NCBI RefSeq assembly: GCF_009914755.1
Contig: NC_060931.1
Source: the human T2T-CHM13v2.0 reference genome, Homo sapiens
Reading direction: 5' to 3' (one strand)
Length of the DNA stretch: 64,000 bases
Below are positions 36,196-50,820 of the stretch, in pieces. Under the pieces are notes generated by a model. That model had not been told where the DNA came from and did not search any database. It saw only the letters and a list, made by a program, of their open reading frames with translations. A program made the translations under genes and the position numbers. Each line of letters starts with the position of its first letter. Positions within the stretch are counted from its first letter, which is position 1.

Positions 36196-36794
36196 TGTGT
36201 GAACTAAAGGGTATCTAAGACAGGTCTCAATCAATTTAAAAAGTTTTTTTTGCCAGGGTTAAAGACATGCCTGTGACACAGCCTCAGAAGGTCCTGATGA
36301 CATGTGCACAAGGTGGTCGATGTAGAGCTTGCTTTCATATATTTTAGGAAGACATGAGACATTAATCAATATGTGTAAGAGGTACATTGGTTCGATCTGG
36401 TAAGGTGGGACAACTGCAGTTGGGGGCTTCCAGGTCATAAGTAGATAAGAGACAAAAGATTACATTATTTTGAGTCCTTGATAAGCCCTTCACTGAATAC
36501 AAAATTGTCTGCCTCAGTGAATCTGCATTTTTACATAAACAATAGGGCAGAGGAAGAAATCAGATATGCATTTGTCTCAGATGAGCCTCAGAGGGATGAC
36601 TTTGAGTTCTGTCTGCCCTTTGTTGACAAGGAATTTCTTTATGGGCAAATTGTGAGGAAAATATGTAGCTTTTTATATTTGTAGCTATCTTATTTAGAAA
36701 TAAAATAGGAGGCAGGTTTGCCTGACATAGTTTCCAGCTTGACTTTTCCATTGGCTTAGTGATTTGGGGGTCCAGAGGTTTATTTTTCTTTCAC
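36196..36794 (-). mobile_element. MER4A-like solo LTR
   Basis: Reverse complement starts tgtgaaagaaaaataaacctctggacccccaaatcactaagc. Confidence 0.8.
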
Positions 36795-37009
36795 AGTGGG
36801 GACCACTTTTATTATCTAGTGTATATGTTTAAACTAGACAGAATAAAACATGATATATATTCATAAGTAATAAATATAGGTTAATAAAAAACTTGTAAAC
36901 GCAAATGTAACTAATGCTACGCCTTTCAGAATAGCCCATCCTAATTCTTCCATTTCTCATTGACTATAATTCCAATAGACTTTTCCCATAATGTTGTAGT
37001 GGATCTTAA

Positions 37010-38446
37010 TGTCAGAGGCATTCAAACGATAGGGACAGGAGGCAGAGAAATTTGGGGAGGGCAGATCCCTGGTAAGGGCCCCACCCTCATGCCAAAAAGC
37101 CTGATAGCACTGCTCAAAGTGAAAATTTACATCTCTGTTTTCCCGCTTGAATGTTGCCTTTTCCAAAACCACCCATGTCCCACCCCACCCTGCTTCTTGT
37201 GCCCACAGAAACCCCAGGCTCAGCCAGCAGAGAGAGGAGAAGCAGCTGGACATTGGAGACTATGATTGGACATTAGAGAGAAGGAGCTTGACTTCACAGA
37301 GAAAGCATGATGGAATAATTTCAGAGAAAAGTCTGGCCAGGGATGACCAGACTTCAGGGGAAGATAATCTTGCTCAATATCCTTTTCTGCTCCCCTTCCT
37401 GCTGAGAGTCACTTTGATTGGCAATAAAATATCTCACATTTACCATCTTCAATTTGTTCTTGCAACCTCATTCCTCCTGGATGCCAGACAAGAACTCAGG
37501 TGCCATGAGTATGGGTGCAAAAGGCTATCACACTGTCCCTCCACTGAGCTGTTAACACTTAAGCTATCCATGGACAGCAAAGCTAAAAGGGCACTGTAAG
37601 AGTCCTTCTGGGGTTTCAGAAGTCATGAGCATCCCCCAGATGCTGCCATGGGGCCAGTACAGAGTTTGCTCCTGCCAGAGTCCAAAAATGTCTCAGCTCC
37701 TGCACCCAGTCACCTGCATGCTCCCCCTCCCACAAGTGGTGGAGCACAGTGGGCTGAGTGAGTGGAGTTTGCCCCTGCCAGCACCCGTGCACTCCAGTTC
37801 CCACCTGTGAAGGTGTCAGAGAGATATTCTGCTTAAAAATCAGAGTGACTCCATCTTAAATAGCAGCTGGGTGAGATAAGGCTGAGACCTACTGGGCTGC
37901 ATTCCCAGGAGGTTAGGCATTCTAACCTTCTATCAGGATGAGATAGAAGGCCAGCATAAGATATAGGTCACGAAGACTCTGCTGATAAAACAGGATGTGG
38001 TTTAAATAAATGCCAGCCAGAACCCACCAAAACCAAGATGGTGATGCTCATTCTCACTGCTCATTATATGCCAGTATAATGCATTTGCATGCAAAAAGAC
38101 TCTACCACCAGTGCCATGACAGCTTACAGATGCCATGGCAAGATCTGGAAGTTACCCTGTAGCCTCTAAAATGGGGAAGAACCCTCAGTTCTGGAAAATT
38201 TCTGCCCCTTTCCTGAAAAACTCATGAATAATCTACCCTTTGTTTAGCATATAATCAAGAAACAACTATAAGTATAGTCAATCGAGCAGCCAATCTCACC
38301 GCTCTGTCTATGGAGTAGTCATTCTTTTATTTACATCTCTAATAAAATTGCTTTCACTTTACTGTATGAACTCATTCTGAATTATTTCTTATGGGAGGTG
38401 CAAGAACCCTCTTTTGGGATATGGATTCAGACCCTTTTCCAGTAAC
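37010..38446 (+). mobile_element. MER41 solo LTR with a MER50-like LTR nested near its 5' end (~37027-37835)
   Basis: tgtcagaggcattcaaac|MER50|cagagtgactccatctt..ggctgagacctactgggctgcattcccag..ttccagtaac. Confidence 0.8.
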
Positions 38447-38460
38447 GTTAAGACAAGTTT

Positions 38461-38792
<332 letters not shown>

Positions 38793-39130
38793 TCAAGGAA
38801 TTCTTTACTCAGTGAGTGAATTCAGAGAGTACAAAGTTGCAGAGGGAGAAAGAAATGTCTTTGAAAGGATTATGAGGAACAAAAGTCACAGAAATGCTTC
38901 CCATTGTTATTTACTGGCACATATATTCTCACTTTGGGAGGAAATGCATCTAATTTCAGACCGTGGTTTATAGAAGGTGCTATGAACCAGCAGCAAGTTC
39001 ATATCCAGAACTGCTCACTACAGAGGGTTTTGTCTCCTGGCTGGTATCATAAATTTGTCTTTCACTGGCTCCTTTAAAACTTCTATAATGGTGGTAGATT
39101 TCAGTAAAGTGGAGCCCCCACAATCCAGCC

Positions 39131-39804
39131 TGTTATAGGTAGATAGATAGACATGATAGGGGCAGGAGAGGGCTCTCCCCTACCTCACCCACTAAAAATG
39201 TTAGGTGATGGTTTGGCAATTATGGCATTGCCTCACTAAAAGTGATAAATTGGCAGTGAAAGCCAGGGAGAGGCCAGTTCCCAATGGTCCACACCTGTTA
39301 ACATTTAAGTGTTAATTAATGGCAGGCCCCAGGGAAAAGCAACTTCCTGGGCATGCACACTGACAGACAAAAAAGGCAAAGTATGGTCTTCTGGGTACAC
39401 TCCACCAGAGAAAAGAAAGCCTCAGATGGGCATGCGTTTAAGTTCCTAAACTTACATACATACATACTGCATGTACTCAATTCCCAAGGGTAAGGAGGGC
39501 ATCACATCTGCAGAAAGCCCACCCTAGGGGAAAGAGGTGAGTCTATAAAGTCCCGGGATCAAAGTTAAAGACCCCCTTTTTTTCCCTCTTTTTAACCTTC
39601 AGGCACCCACTTGGATCTCTTCCAAGCGTTCTTTCCTGCTCTAAAGCCTTTTAAATAAACTTCCATTCCTGCTTTGAAACTTGCCTTGGTCTCTTTTTCT
39701 GCTCCTTCAGTCGAATTCTCTCTTCTGGGGAGGCAAAAATTGAAGTTGCTGGAGACGCACACAAACTCGCCCCCCAGTAACTCGGATCTCTTCCGTTGGT
39801 AACA
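39131..39804 (+). mobile_element. LTR9-like solo LTR
   Basis: TG...CA ends, perfect 4-bp TSD AGCC (39127-39130, 39805-39808), tataaa near 39545, AATAAA near 39654. Confidence 0.8.
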
Positions 39805-39845
39805 AGCCTGCCCACCCCTTGCATCCATCCAGCAGCGACATCCAC

Positions 39846-40013
39846 CTTGAGCATGCTGAGGTACGGCATGCCGTCGGTGCCCACCTTCCTGCTGTTCACC
39901 TCCCCATGCTAAGCCACTTCACACCGCACAGTGGAGCTCCACCTCACTGCCCAGCACCACCATCTGGTTGAGCAGCAGCCATGTATGTAGGATGGGCCAG
40001 TGAGGACAGCAAT
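39846..40013 (-). pseudogene. FGFR3 pseudogene exon 7 equivalent (IgII-III linker / IgIIIa)
   Basis: CPHWPILHTWLLLNQMVVLGSEVELHCAV* then, after an internal deletion, EVNSRKVGTDGMPYLSMLK|gtgga. Confidence 0.88.
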
Positions 40014-40075
40014 GTGTAGGGGCACACAATAGCTGGACAGATTCCTCACTGCCTGACTCTGCCTGCAGCCCTCGC

Positions 40076-40558
40076 CCAGCACGTCCAGGCCATATGCCTG
40101 AAGGTTGCTGCCTGATACTGTTTTGCTCTGTGTCTCCATCCAAATCTCATATCAAATCGTGATCCCCACGTGTTGGAGAAGGAGCTTGATGGGCAGTGAT
40201 TGAATCATGGGTGTGAACTTCACTTCCCCCTTGCTGTTCTTGTGATAGTGAGTTCTCATGAGATCCGGTTGTTTAAAAGTGTGTGGCACTTCCCTCTTTA
40301 CTCTCTCTTCCTCCTGCTCCATCCATGTAGGATAGGTCGGCTTCCTCTTCACCTTCCGCCACGATTGTAAGTTTCCTGAGCCTCCCCAGCCATGCTTCCT
40401 GTATAGCCTGTAGAACTGTGAGTCAATTAAACCTCTTTTCTTCGTAAATTACTTAGTCTCAGGTAGTTCTTTATAGCAGTGTCAGAATGAGCTAACACAA
40501 TGGGGAGCTTATTCTCCACTAGGCTCTCCATGACCAGGCTCCACAGCTGGTGCCACTA
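40076..40558 (-). pseudogene. FGFR3 pseudogene exon 6 equivalent, split by an MST LTR
   Basis: cccacag|..HQLWSLVMESLVENK (40558-40500), LTR, then GSNLQAYGLDVL|gcgagg (40112-40076). Confidence 0.85.
40113..40499 (+). mobile_element. MSTA/MSTB (MaLR) solo LTR inside FGFR3 pseudogene exon 6
   Basis: tgatactgttttgctctgtgtc..ccaaatctcat..gtcaattaaacctcttttc..ctaacaca. Confidence 0.88.
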
Positions 40559-40681
40559 CTGTGGGTGGATCCTCAGGTGAGAGGACTGGATCACAGGCCC
40601 TGCCCTGCAGAGTCCTCCACCCTGGACCCCACACTCACACTCGCCCAGGTCCAAAGGTCATGTCTCCACCACCAGGCTGAC

Positions 40682-40850
40682 CTTGATGCCCTGATGTGAT
40701 GCACTTCATGGACTTCCTTGTGGTTCTCCAGCCAGGAAATGGAGAGTGTTGGATTGCTGGTGGCCACACAGCAAAAGTGAATGGGTTCAACAGCTGGCGT
40801 GGCCAGCAGCTTTTTGTCCATCTGCTGGGGCCGAGTCCAGTAGGGGAACC
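40682..40850 (-). pseudogene. FGFR3 pseudogene IgII exon (exon 5 equivalent)
   Basis: gtgccag| ... catcaag|gtcagc; ORF 40591..40857 translation matches FGFR3 IgII. Confidence 0.9.
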
Positions 40851-43559
40851 CTGGCACATGAAGGCCACAACAGAGGTGAGGAACAGAGGCCCATCTGACC
40901 TGACCCCTTCAATGGGTCCTTCTGGCTAACTCCAGACTCAGTTTCCTCTTCTGCGGAGGGAGAATGTTGGCCTTTTGAGGACTCCTGCCTGGGCTGGACT
41001 AGACTCCCATGAGCATCACCACGATGTCCCACAAACCCTGGACATTCTCAGGGCCGGGCTGTGTGTCTCCTCTCTTCTCTGTCTGCTTCCTCCAAGCTGC
41101 CACTCCTGTTGAGAGGCCCAGTGTGCTCCAATCTGAACTGGAGAACTTCAAGGCATGAGGGCATCTTCCAGGGAAGCCCCTACCCTCCAAAGGAGGCACA
41201 CAGAGGCAGGCCCACAGGGGCATGGTCCAGAACCCAGCGGGCATCCCAGCTGGGTGGATGAGCCAGGACAGGCATTTGTAGCAGTTTTCCAGGAGGGTGA
41301 ACTCAGATGCCCACAGTGTGGAGAACCTAGAAGGCAGTGGGGTGGTGTCTGCCCACTAGAATCTGAGGCCTTAGGCCACCCTATGCAGTGTTTCAGGACC
41401 TGGTGGGCACCTAATAAGGATAGAGTTCTAGAGGCTTGGCCTCCTGCCTATCTTGGTGTCTAGGGCTGCTGCCACCCCCTCCCGCACAGCCCAGTTGGCT
41501 TTCCTTTTTCTTGGGGGCTGTGGTGGGAGCTGCCTTCCTGTGAAGATTCATGGGGTGTCTGGGCCAGCATCTGTCAGAGGGAGGCACCAGGGGCCCAGGA
41601 CAGAGGAGGGAGGGAGCCCCTCCCCATGGTAACCTCACTGTCATCTACTTGCAGAGACACATCCATCCCTCAGAGGAGGACACTGAGGCACGGGTGGGAG
41701 CAATGTGGGCAGAAGGTGGGAAAAGGCACCTCCCAGAGCTCTGAGCTGCCCTCCCAGGCCTCCCAGGGTGGGTGGTGGCCCACAGGGTGATGGAGAGAGC
41801 CCAGCAGGCTGTGGCAGAGACTATTTCTGGACCTGAGAGACCACAATGACAATCTGCCCACTGCCAGACGGTGCCTTCTGAAAGGTGGCCTGCCAGTGAC
41901 CCTCACAGCCCAACCAGACATGGGGCAGAAACCCAATCACCTGCCTGGGATAGCCAGATGGGCAGGAGCAAGAAGGGACTCAGGGCGAGAAAACCAAAGT
42001 GTGTGTTCCAGGGTAGTGGCCGAGGGCTCAGCTGAGCTGAGAAATTTAGATCCTCTTTCAGGATCTGCTCCTCTCCTGGGATCTGGGAAGGGACATGGAG
42101 CAGCCCAGAGGCCAGCCATGACTGGAGCCTCCACCACTGTAGGGTGTTGAGTGAGGAAGCACCCTGCAGCATGTGAAAGTGGGTGGGGGAGGGGGTGGTG
42201 AGAGTCTCTCCCTGCCCTGAGTCTCTTGACCCAAGACTGATGTCCATGAGGCTATGCCAGGCCAGCCTCCTGGGGAGGATCACATTTTCTGCTGGGGAAC
42301 CTTGTTCCCAATTCCAGGTCACTACAGTTAAGGTCCTCCAATGCATTGGGGGAGGCATGGGGTAGTATGGAGGGGGAGCAACACTCCATCATAAGGGCTT
42401 TGGGTCGGCCCCAGAGAACAAAAATCAAATTTAGACTGCTGTCTGAAGCTGACCACCCTAAGGGATTTTAATTTGGAGGTGAGATGAGGCCCTGGGGTCA
42501 GGAAAGGAACCCATCTTGTTTTGGACTCTTCAGCTGTCATGGGTAGGAGATTTGTTGCCAGCTATGTGCTTTAATTGAGCCTAAGGGGAGGGGGCACCCA
42601 GAAGGGACTCTGAAGCCAAAGGTGAGAGTCCTGTCTTCCTGCCTCCCCACCTCACTCCCCAAGAGTACACATTGGGCAGTAGAGTTTCCTTACAAAGTCA
42701 GGAAAGAAAAAATCCAGAGACCAGGCAGGCTAATAAATGCTCACCAGAAATATCTGGCCTAATAATCAAAACAGCTCTGCCATATTCATTGTCTGGGACA
42801 AGGAAGAAAACTGAGGTTCAAGGTGGACACCAAGAGTCTAGCCAGGCAACTGGCAGCCTAGAGCCCTAGAGGTCCCCGCAGACATCGCCCTCCAAGCCCA
42901 CCCACACGCAACGTTTCCGCCAACGGGATGGCTCCACTCCCAGCTTAATCACCTTTAAATCACTCAGGGACCCCCTGGGCCACCTGCTCCACTCCAATCC
43001 ACCTCGCTCACCCGTGAAGGGCCTCCCTATGCATGGTCGCCAGGCTGGGGGTGGGGGTGTCCGTGCCCCCCTTGCCCAGGATGGGGGTTGCCTGTTTCCA
43101 GGGGAACAGGCTCTTGGCAGTCGCCCTCCAGGCCACCCCTCTCTAGTTGGTAGCCGGGAGTATGGTAGCGCGTGTGCAGGGCAGATAGCACACAGAGCGC
43201 TTGGCGATTTGGTTGGGAGTCGCCAGCGCCACACCTCGGGGACAGCGTCAACTTTCCAAGGCGGGCCTGGGGCACCCTCTCCTTCTCTGGCCTCGGGGCG
43301 CCTCCTAGAAGGCCCTCCTTTTCTCGCAGGCCCCTGACTGTCGGCGGTCCCACACTTCTGGGACATCTCCCCCATTACCTCTCCCTAGTGATGGGTGTGC
43401 ACCCCATGGGGCAGACAAATCTCTTAGCCCACCAGGCTTGAGAGTAGGGTAGGGGCAGTGGTGGCACTAAAGTGTCACCGCATCACGCTGGCCACTTGCG
43501 GGCAGGGGCTGGGCTTCAGTTGACTCCTGCACATCCACCCTCCAAATTCCAGCCTCTGG

Positions 43560-44420
43560 CTTTGGGGCCTAGGGGCAGGGTCTGTGGACACCACGGGCCA
43601 GGCTCCCCGCCAGGGCGTCGCACTTGGGTGGTGGCCCTGCAGCTCCTGGCGCCACACAACCGCTGTCCCGGCTCAAGCAGTGATCTTCTGAAGGAGTGGC
43701 AACAGAAGCCGGGACTAACCTGGCAGTGCCACTTACACGCGGAGCCTTTTCCCCATCCAGTCCCCTGTGTCCAGTTCCCCAGCGTCCCCTGCAGGGCCCC
43801 GAACCCTCCTCGGTGCCCGCGGCCTCCTTCCCCGCCTGCTGCTCACCACACACCGCGCTGCCCTTGCTCAGGGCTCCAAGGCGGTGCTGGCCACCACGGT
43901 CACCGCCAGGCTGAGCGCGAGGGCGGGGCGGGGCGGGGCGTCCATGGCAGGGGCGGGTGTCCTGGCGTCCTCAGTCTCCCAGAGGGTGGCGACCCCCGCG
44001 TCCCGCTCCGGCACCGGCGGGAAGAGAGCGCCTCCCGGAATCTGGTGGACAAAGAGGGCGGCTCCTTACGTAGGCGGGCAGAGACAGAAGCTGGCGTGGC
44101 CGGGCTCCTGCTCCCCTATTCTCCGACCCCCGCCACCTAGCCCGCGCCACCCAGGGCTCCTGGATCGTCTGGCTCGGGGCCTCCTCCCCGCTGTGTTCCC
44201 TCCCTGGCGGCTGCAGAGCCCTCCTGGGCAGCGGAAACAAACTTCCCCGAGCAGGAAGCCCGTGCCCCAGCCTCCTCTCGGCAAGGACCAGCCCGCGGAA
44301 CACCCCGGCCCCTCGGCGCCTGCCCTGTCCTTCTGGCTACGGGTCCAGGAGGGCTGGCATGAGACCAATCGCGACCCTGCGGTTCCAGAGCCTGCGTCCC
44401 GCACTGCCGAGACCACACAG
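43560..44420. promoter_or_regulatory. CpG island at the 5' end of the FGFR3 pseudogene, with tandem GC boxes
   Basis: High GC and dense CpG; GGGCGGGGCGGGGCGGGGCG at 43921-43940; ccggaa ETS-like site near 44035. Confidence 0.8.
43836..43945 (-). pseudogene. FGFR3 pseudogene signal-peptide exon; residual 25-codon ORF 43945-43868
   Basis: cccctgccATGg Kozak; MDAPPRPALALSLAVTVVASTALEP*; exon ends gcagcag|gc (degenerate donor). Confidence 0.8.
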
Positions 44421-45114
44421 TCTCCTCTCTTAGGAGCCTTGACATGGCCCTCTTGACGGGTGGTTGGGGGACCAGGGTGTGTGTATATGGGGGACAGTTG
44501 GTCAAAAGTGGCTTTTTGTTTCCCCAAAAATAAAGACCCCTTTGAAATTTAAGGTATTTTCTTTTTTACTTAAAACCAGTAGGGTCTAATTATTTAAATG
44601 TACCCATGATCCTGTCAGTAAATTTGAGCACACTTTTATTCGTTTTTGTCAGTTAGTCCTTTTGCTTGTTTCTGTCTTTAAGGAGAATTTAAAATTCCAC
44701 CTGAAATCAGTAAAGTATCTTCAGAAAAATTGTATTGAGAAAAGAGGCTTTTTCAGGAGGAACTGATATCTCTGGCGAATTTTCTGTCCCCTTGTTAGAG
44801 TTTATAAGTCAGTTATTTTATTAAAACTTAATTTCAGTAAAAATTTCCTATAGTCGGTGGAGCAATATAAAAAAATCTGGTGCAGTGGCAGTAGAGCAGT
44901 CTTTAGAATTCTTAGACATTCTGATGTGTCGAATTGAAGCCATGCCTGAAAAATTCATGTCACAACTATTGTTATTTTTCAGTGCCACTCTTTGCCCTTG
45001 AGGGAAGCAATGCATTCCTTATAACTCTAGCAGCCCAAAGAGCTGTCTATGGCTACAACACCCTTCAAAGATTACATTTTAATGAAGTAGACCATGAATA
45101 CAAAAAAGCCTTAG

Positions 45115-46272
<1,158 letters not shown>

Positions 46273-46274
46273 AT

Positions 46275-48200
46275 TAGATAATATTTCTTTCCAGACAGAT
46301 ATTTTGAAAATATTTTTCTTCCAGTCTGTGTCTTGTCTTCTTATTTAAATGAGAAGCAATGTCTTTCACAGTTTTTGTTTCTTTGTTTTAAAATTTCAAT
46401 GAAGGGTGGCATATCATTGCTGTATTCGGAGATCCAGATCTTTTCCTGTTTTCTTCTAATTTTATAGTTTTATGTTTACATTAAGGTCTATGATGCATTC
46501 TGAGTTAATTTTTGAGAGGGGTGTAATGACTATATCTATATATTTTTTTTTTTTGCATGTGGATGTCTAGTTGTTACAGTACCATTTGTTGAAGACTATT
46601 TTTTCTCCATTGTATTGTCTTTGATTCTTTGTGAAAAATCACTTAACTATATTCGTGTGGATCTATATCTGAGCTCTGCATTTGTTCCTCTGATCAATTT
46701 GTCGATGATTTTGCCAATACAACGTCTCATGATTACTATAAATTTATAATAAGTATTGAAGTTGAGTAATAACCGTCCTCTTACTTTGTTCTTTTTCAAT
46801 ACTGTGTGGGTTGCTTGGTTTTTTCTTTATATAATTGTTAGAAAGTGTTCTCAATATCCATAAAATAATGTTTTTTGTTTAGATTAGGATTCTGTTGAAT
46901 CTATAGGTGAAGTTAGACAGAAATGACATCTTGACAATACTGACTCTTCCTATATATGAGAAGGAACTATTTCTCCATTTATTTAGTTACTAATTTATTA
47001 TCAGAATTATGTAGTTTTCATCAAATAGATCTTGAATGTATTTTGTTAGATTTATATGTGTTTCATTTTGAAAAGTGCTAATTTAAATGTTAACGCATTT
47101 AAAATTTCAAATTTGACTTGTTCATTGCTTCTATATAGAGAAGAATTTACTTCTGCACTGAAGGGGTGGGTTGCCCCTCCACACCTGTGGGTGTTTCTCC
47201 TAAGGTGGAACGAGAGACTTAGGAAAGAAAAAGACACAGAGACAAAGTATAGAGAAAGAAATAAGGGGACCCGGGGGACCAGCGTTCAGCATATGGAGGA
47301 TCCCGCCAGCCTCTGAGTTCCCTTAGTATTTATTGATCATTCGTGGGTGTTTCTCCGAGAGGGGGATGTGTCAGGGTCACAAGACAATAGTGGGGAGAGG
47401 GTCAGCAGACAAACATGTGAACAAAGGTCTTTGCATCACAGACAAGGTAAAGGATTAAGTGCCGTGCTTTTAGATATGCATACACATAAACATCTCAATG
47501 CTTTACAAAGCAGTATTGCTGCCCGCATGTCCCACCTCCAGCCCTAAGGCGGTTTTTCCCTATCTCAGTAGATGGAACGTACAATCGGGTTTTATACCGA
47601 GACATTCCATTGCCCAGGGACGGGCAGGAGACAGATGCCTTCCTCTTGTCTCAACTGCAAGAGGCATGCCTTCCTCTTATACTAATCCTCCTCAGCACAG
47701 ACCCTTACGGGTGTCGGGCTGGGGGACGGTCAGGTCTTTCCCTTCCCACGAGGCCATATTTCAGACTATCACATGGGGAGAAACCTTGGACAATACCTGG
47801 CTTTCCTAGGCAGAGGTCCCTGCGGCCTTCCGCAGTTTTTGTGTCCCTGGGTACTTGAGATTAGGGAGTGGTGATGACTCTTAAGGAGCGTGCTGCCTTC
47901 AAGCATCTCTTTAACAAAGCACATCTTGCACGGCCCTTAATCCATTTAACCCTGAGTTTGACACAGCACATGTTTCAGAGAGCACGGGGTTGGGGGTAAG
48001 GTCACAGAATCTCAAGGCAGAAGAATTTTTCTTAGTACATAACAAAATGGAGTCTCCCATGTCTATTTCTTTCTACACAGACACAGTGACAATCTGATCT
48101 CTCTTGCTTTTCCCCACACTGCACCCTTATTATAATCACTTATTAGTTCTAGATTTTTTTACGTTGACTATTTTGGATTTACTACATAGACAATTCAATC
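46275..48200 (-). mobile_element. Old L1M fragment hosting the LTR5 insertion
   Basis: T-rich L1 antisense ORF2 pattern on both sides of the LTR. Confidence 0.7.
47159..48118 (-). mobile_element. Solo LTR of HERV-K(HML-2), LTR5_Hs-like, full length (960 bp)
   Basis: Minus strand starts TGTGGGGAAAAGCAAGAGAG and ends CACCCCTTCA; perfect 6-bp TSD CTGCAC (47153-47158, 48119-48124); CpGs largely preserved. Confidence 0.95.
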
Positions 48201-48204
48201 GTGA

Positions 48205-48750
<546 letters not shown>

Positions 48751-48754
48751 CCTT

Positions 48755-50700
<1,946 letters not shown>

Positions 50701-50782
50701 CATGAAATATACCAATATATTAAGCTAAAGATAAACTTTAGTTATAAGAGATATATAGAAGAAAAAATGTATTTATGCGTGC

Positions 50783-50786
<4 letters not shown>

Positions 50787-50818
<32 letters not shown>
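50787..50818. repeat. (TG)n microsatellite
   Basis: Pure dinucleotide run. Confidence 0.95.

Positions 50819-50820
<2 letters not shown>

Larger units (their letters stand above)
39846..44420 (-). pseudogene. FGFR3P: Unprocessed partial FGFR3 pseudogene (start-codon exon plus IgII-IgIII exons, introns retained)
   Basis: Minus strand reads MDAPPRPALALSLAVTVVAST.. (FGFR3 MGAPACALALCVAVAIVAG), PYWTRPQQMDKKLLA..SISWL (FGFR3 PYWTRPERMDKKLLA..SISWL), HQLWSLVMES, LDVL, PHWPILH..NQMVVLGSEVELHC and EVNSRKVGTDGMPYLSMLK. Segments are separated by short introns at the FGFR3 positions I recall. Confidence 0.88.

Noticed and set aside
39846-40850. FGFR1, FGFR2, FGFR4 or FGFRL1 as parent, or a processed retrocopy
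   Set aside because: WTRP, MDKKLLA, SISWL, NQ and EVN..KVG.DG fit FGFR3 best, and introns are present.
43472-44527. Overlapping 110-229 aa ORFs on both strands
   Set aside because: Expected from stop-codon scarcity in a CpG island. Only the short FGFR3-like frame has recognisable homology.
47159-48118. HERV-K provirus
   Set aside because: The TSD flanks a single LTR; there is no primer-binding site or gag sequence.
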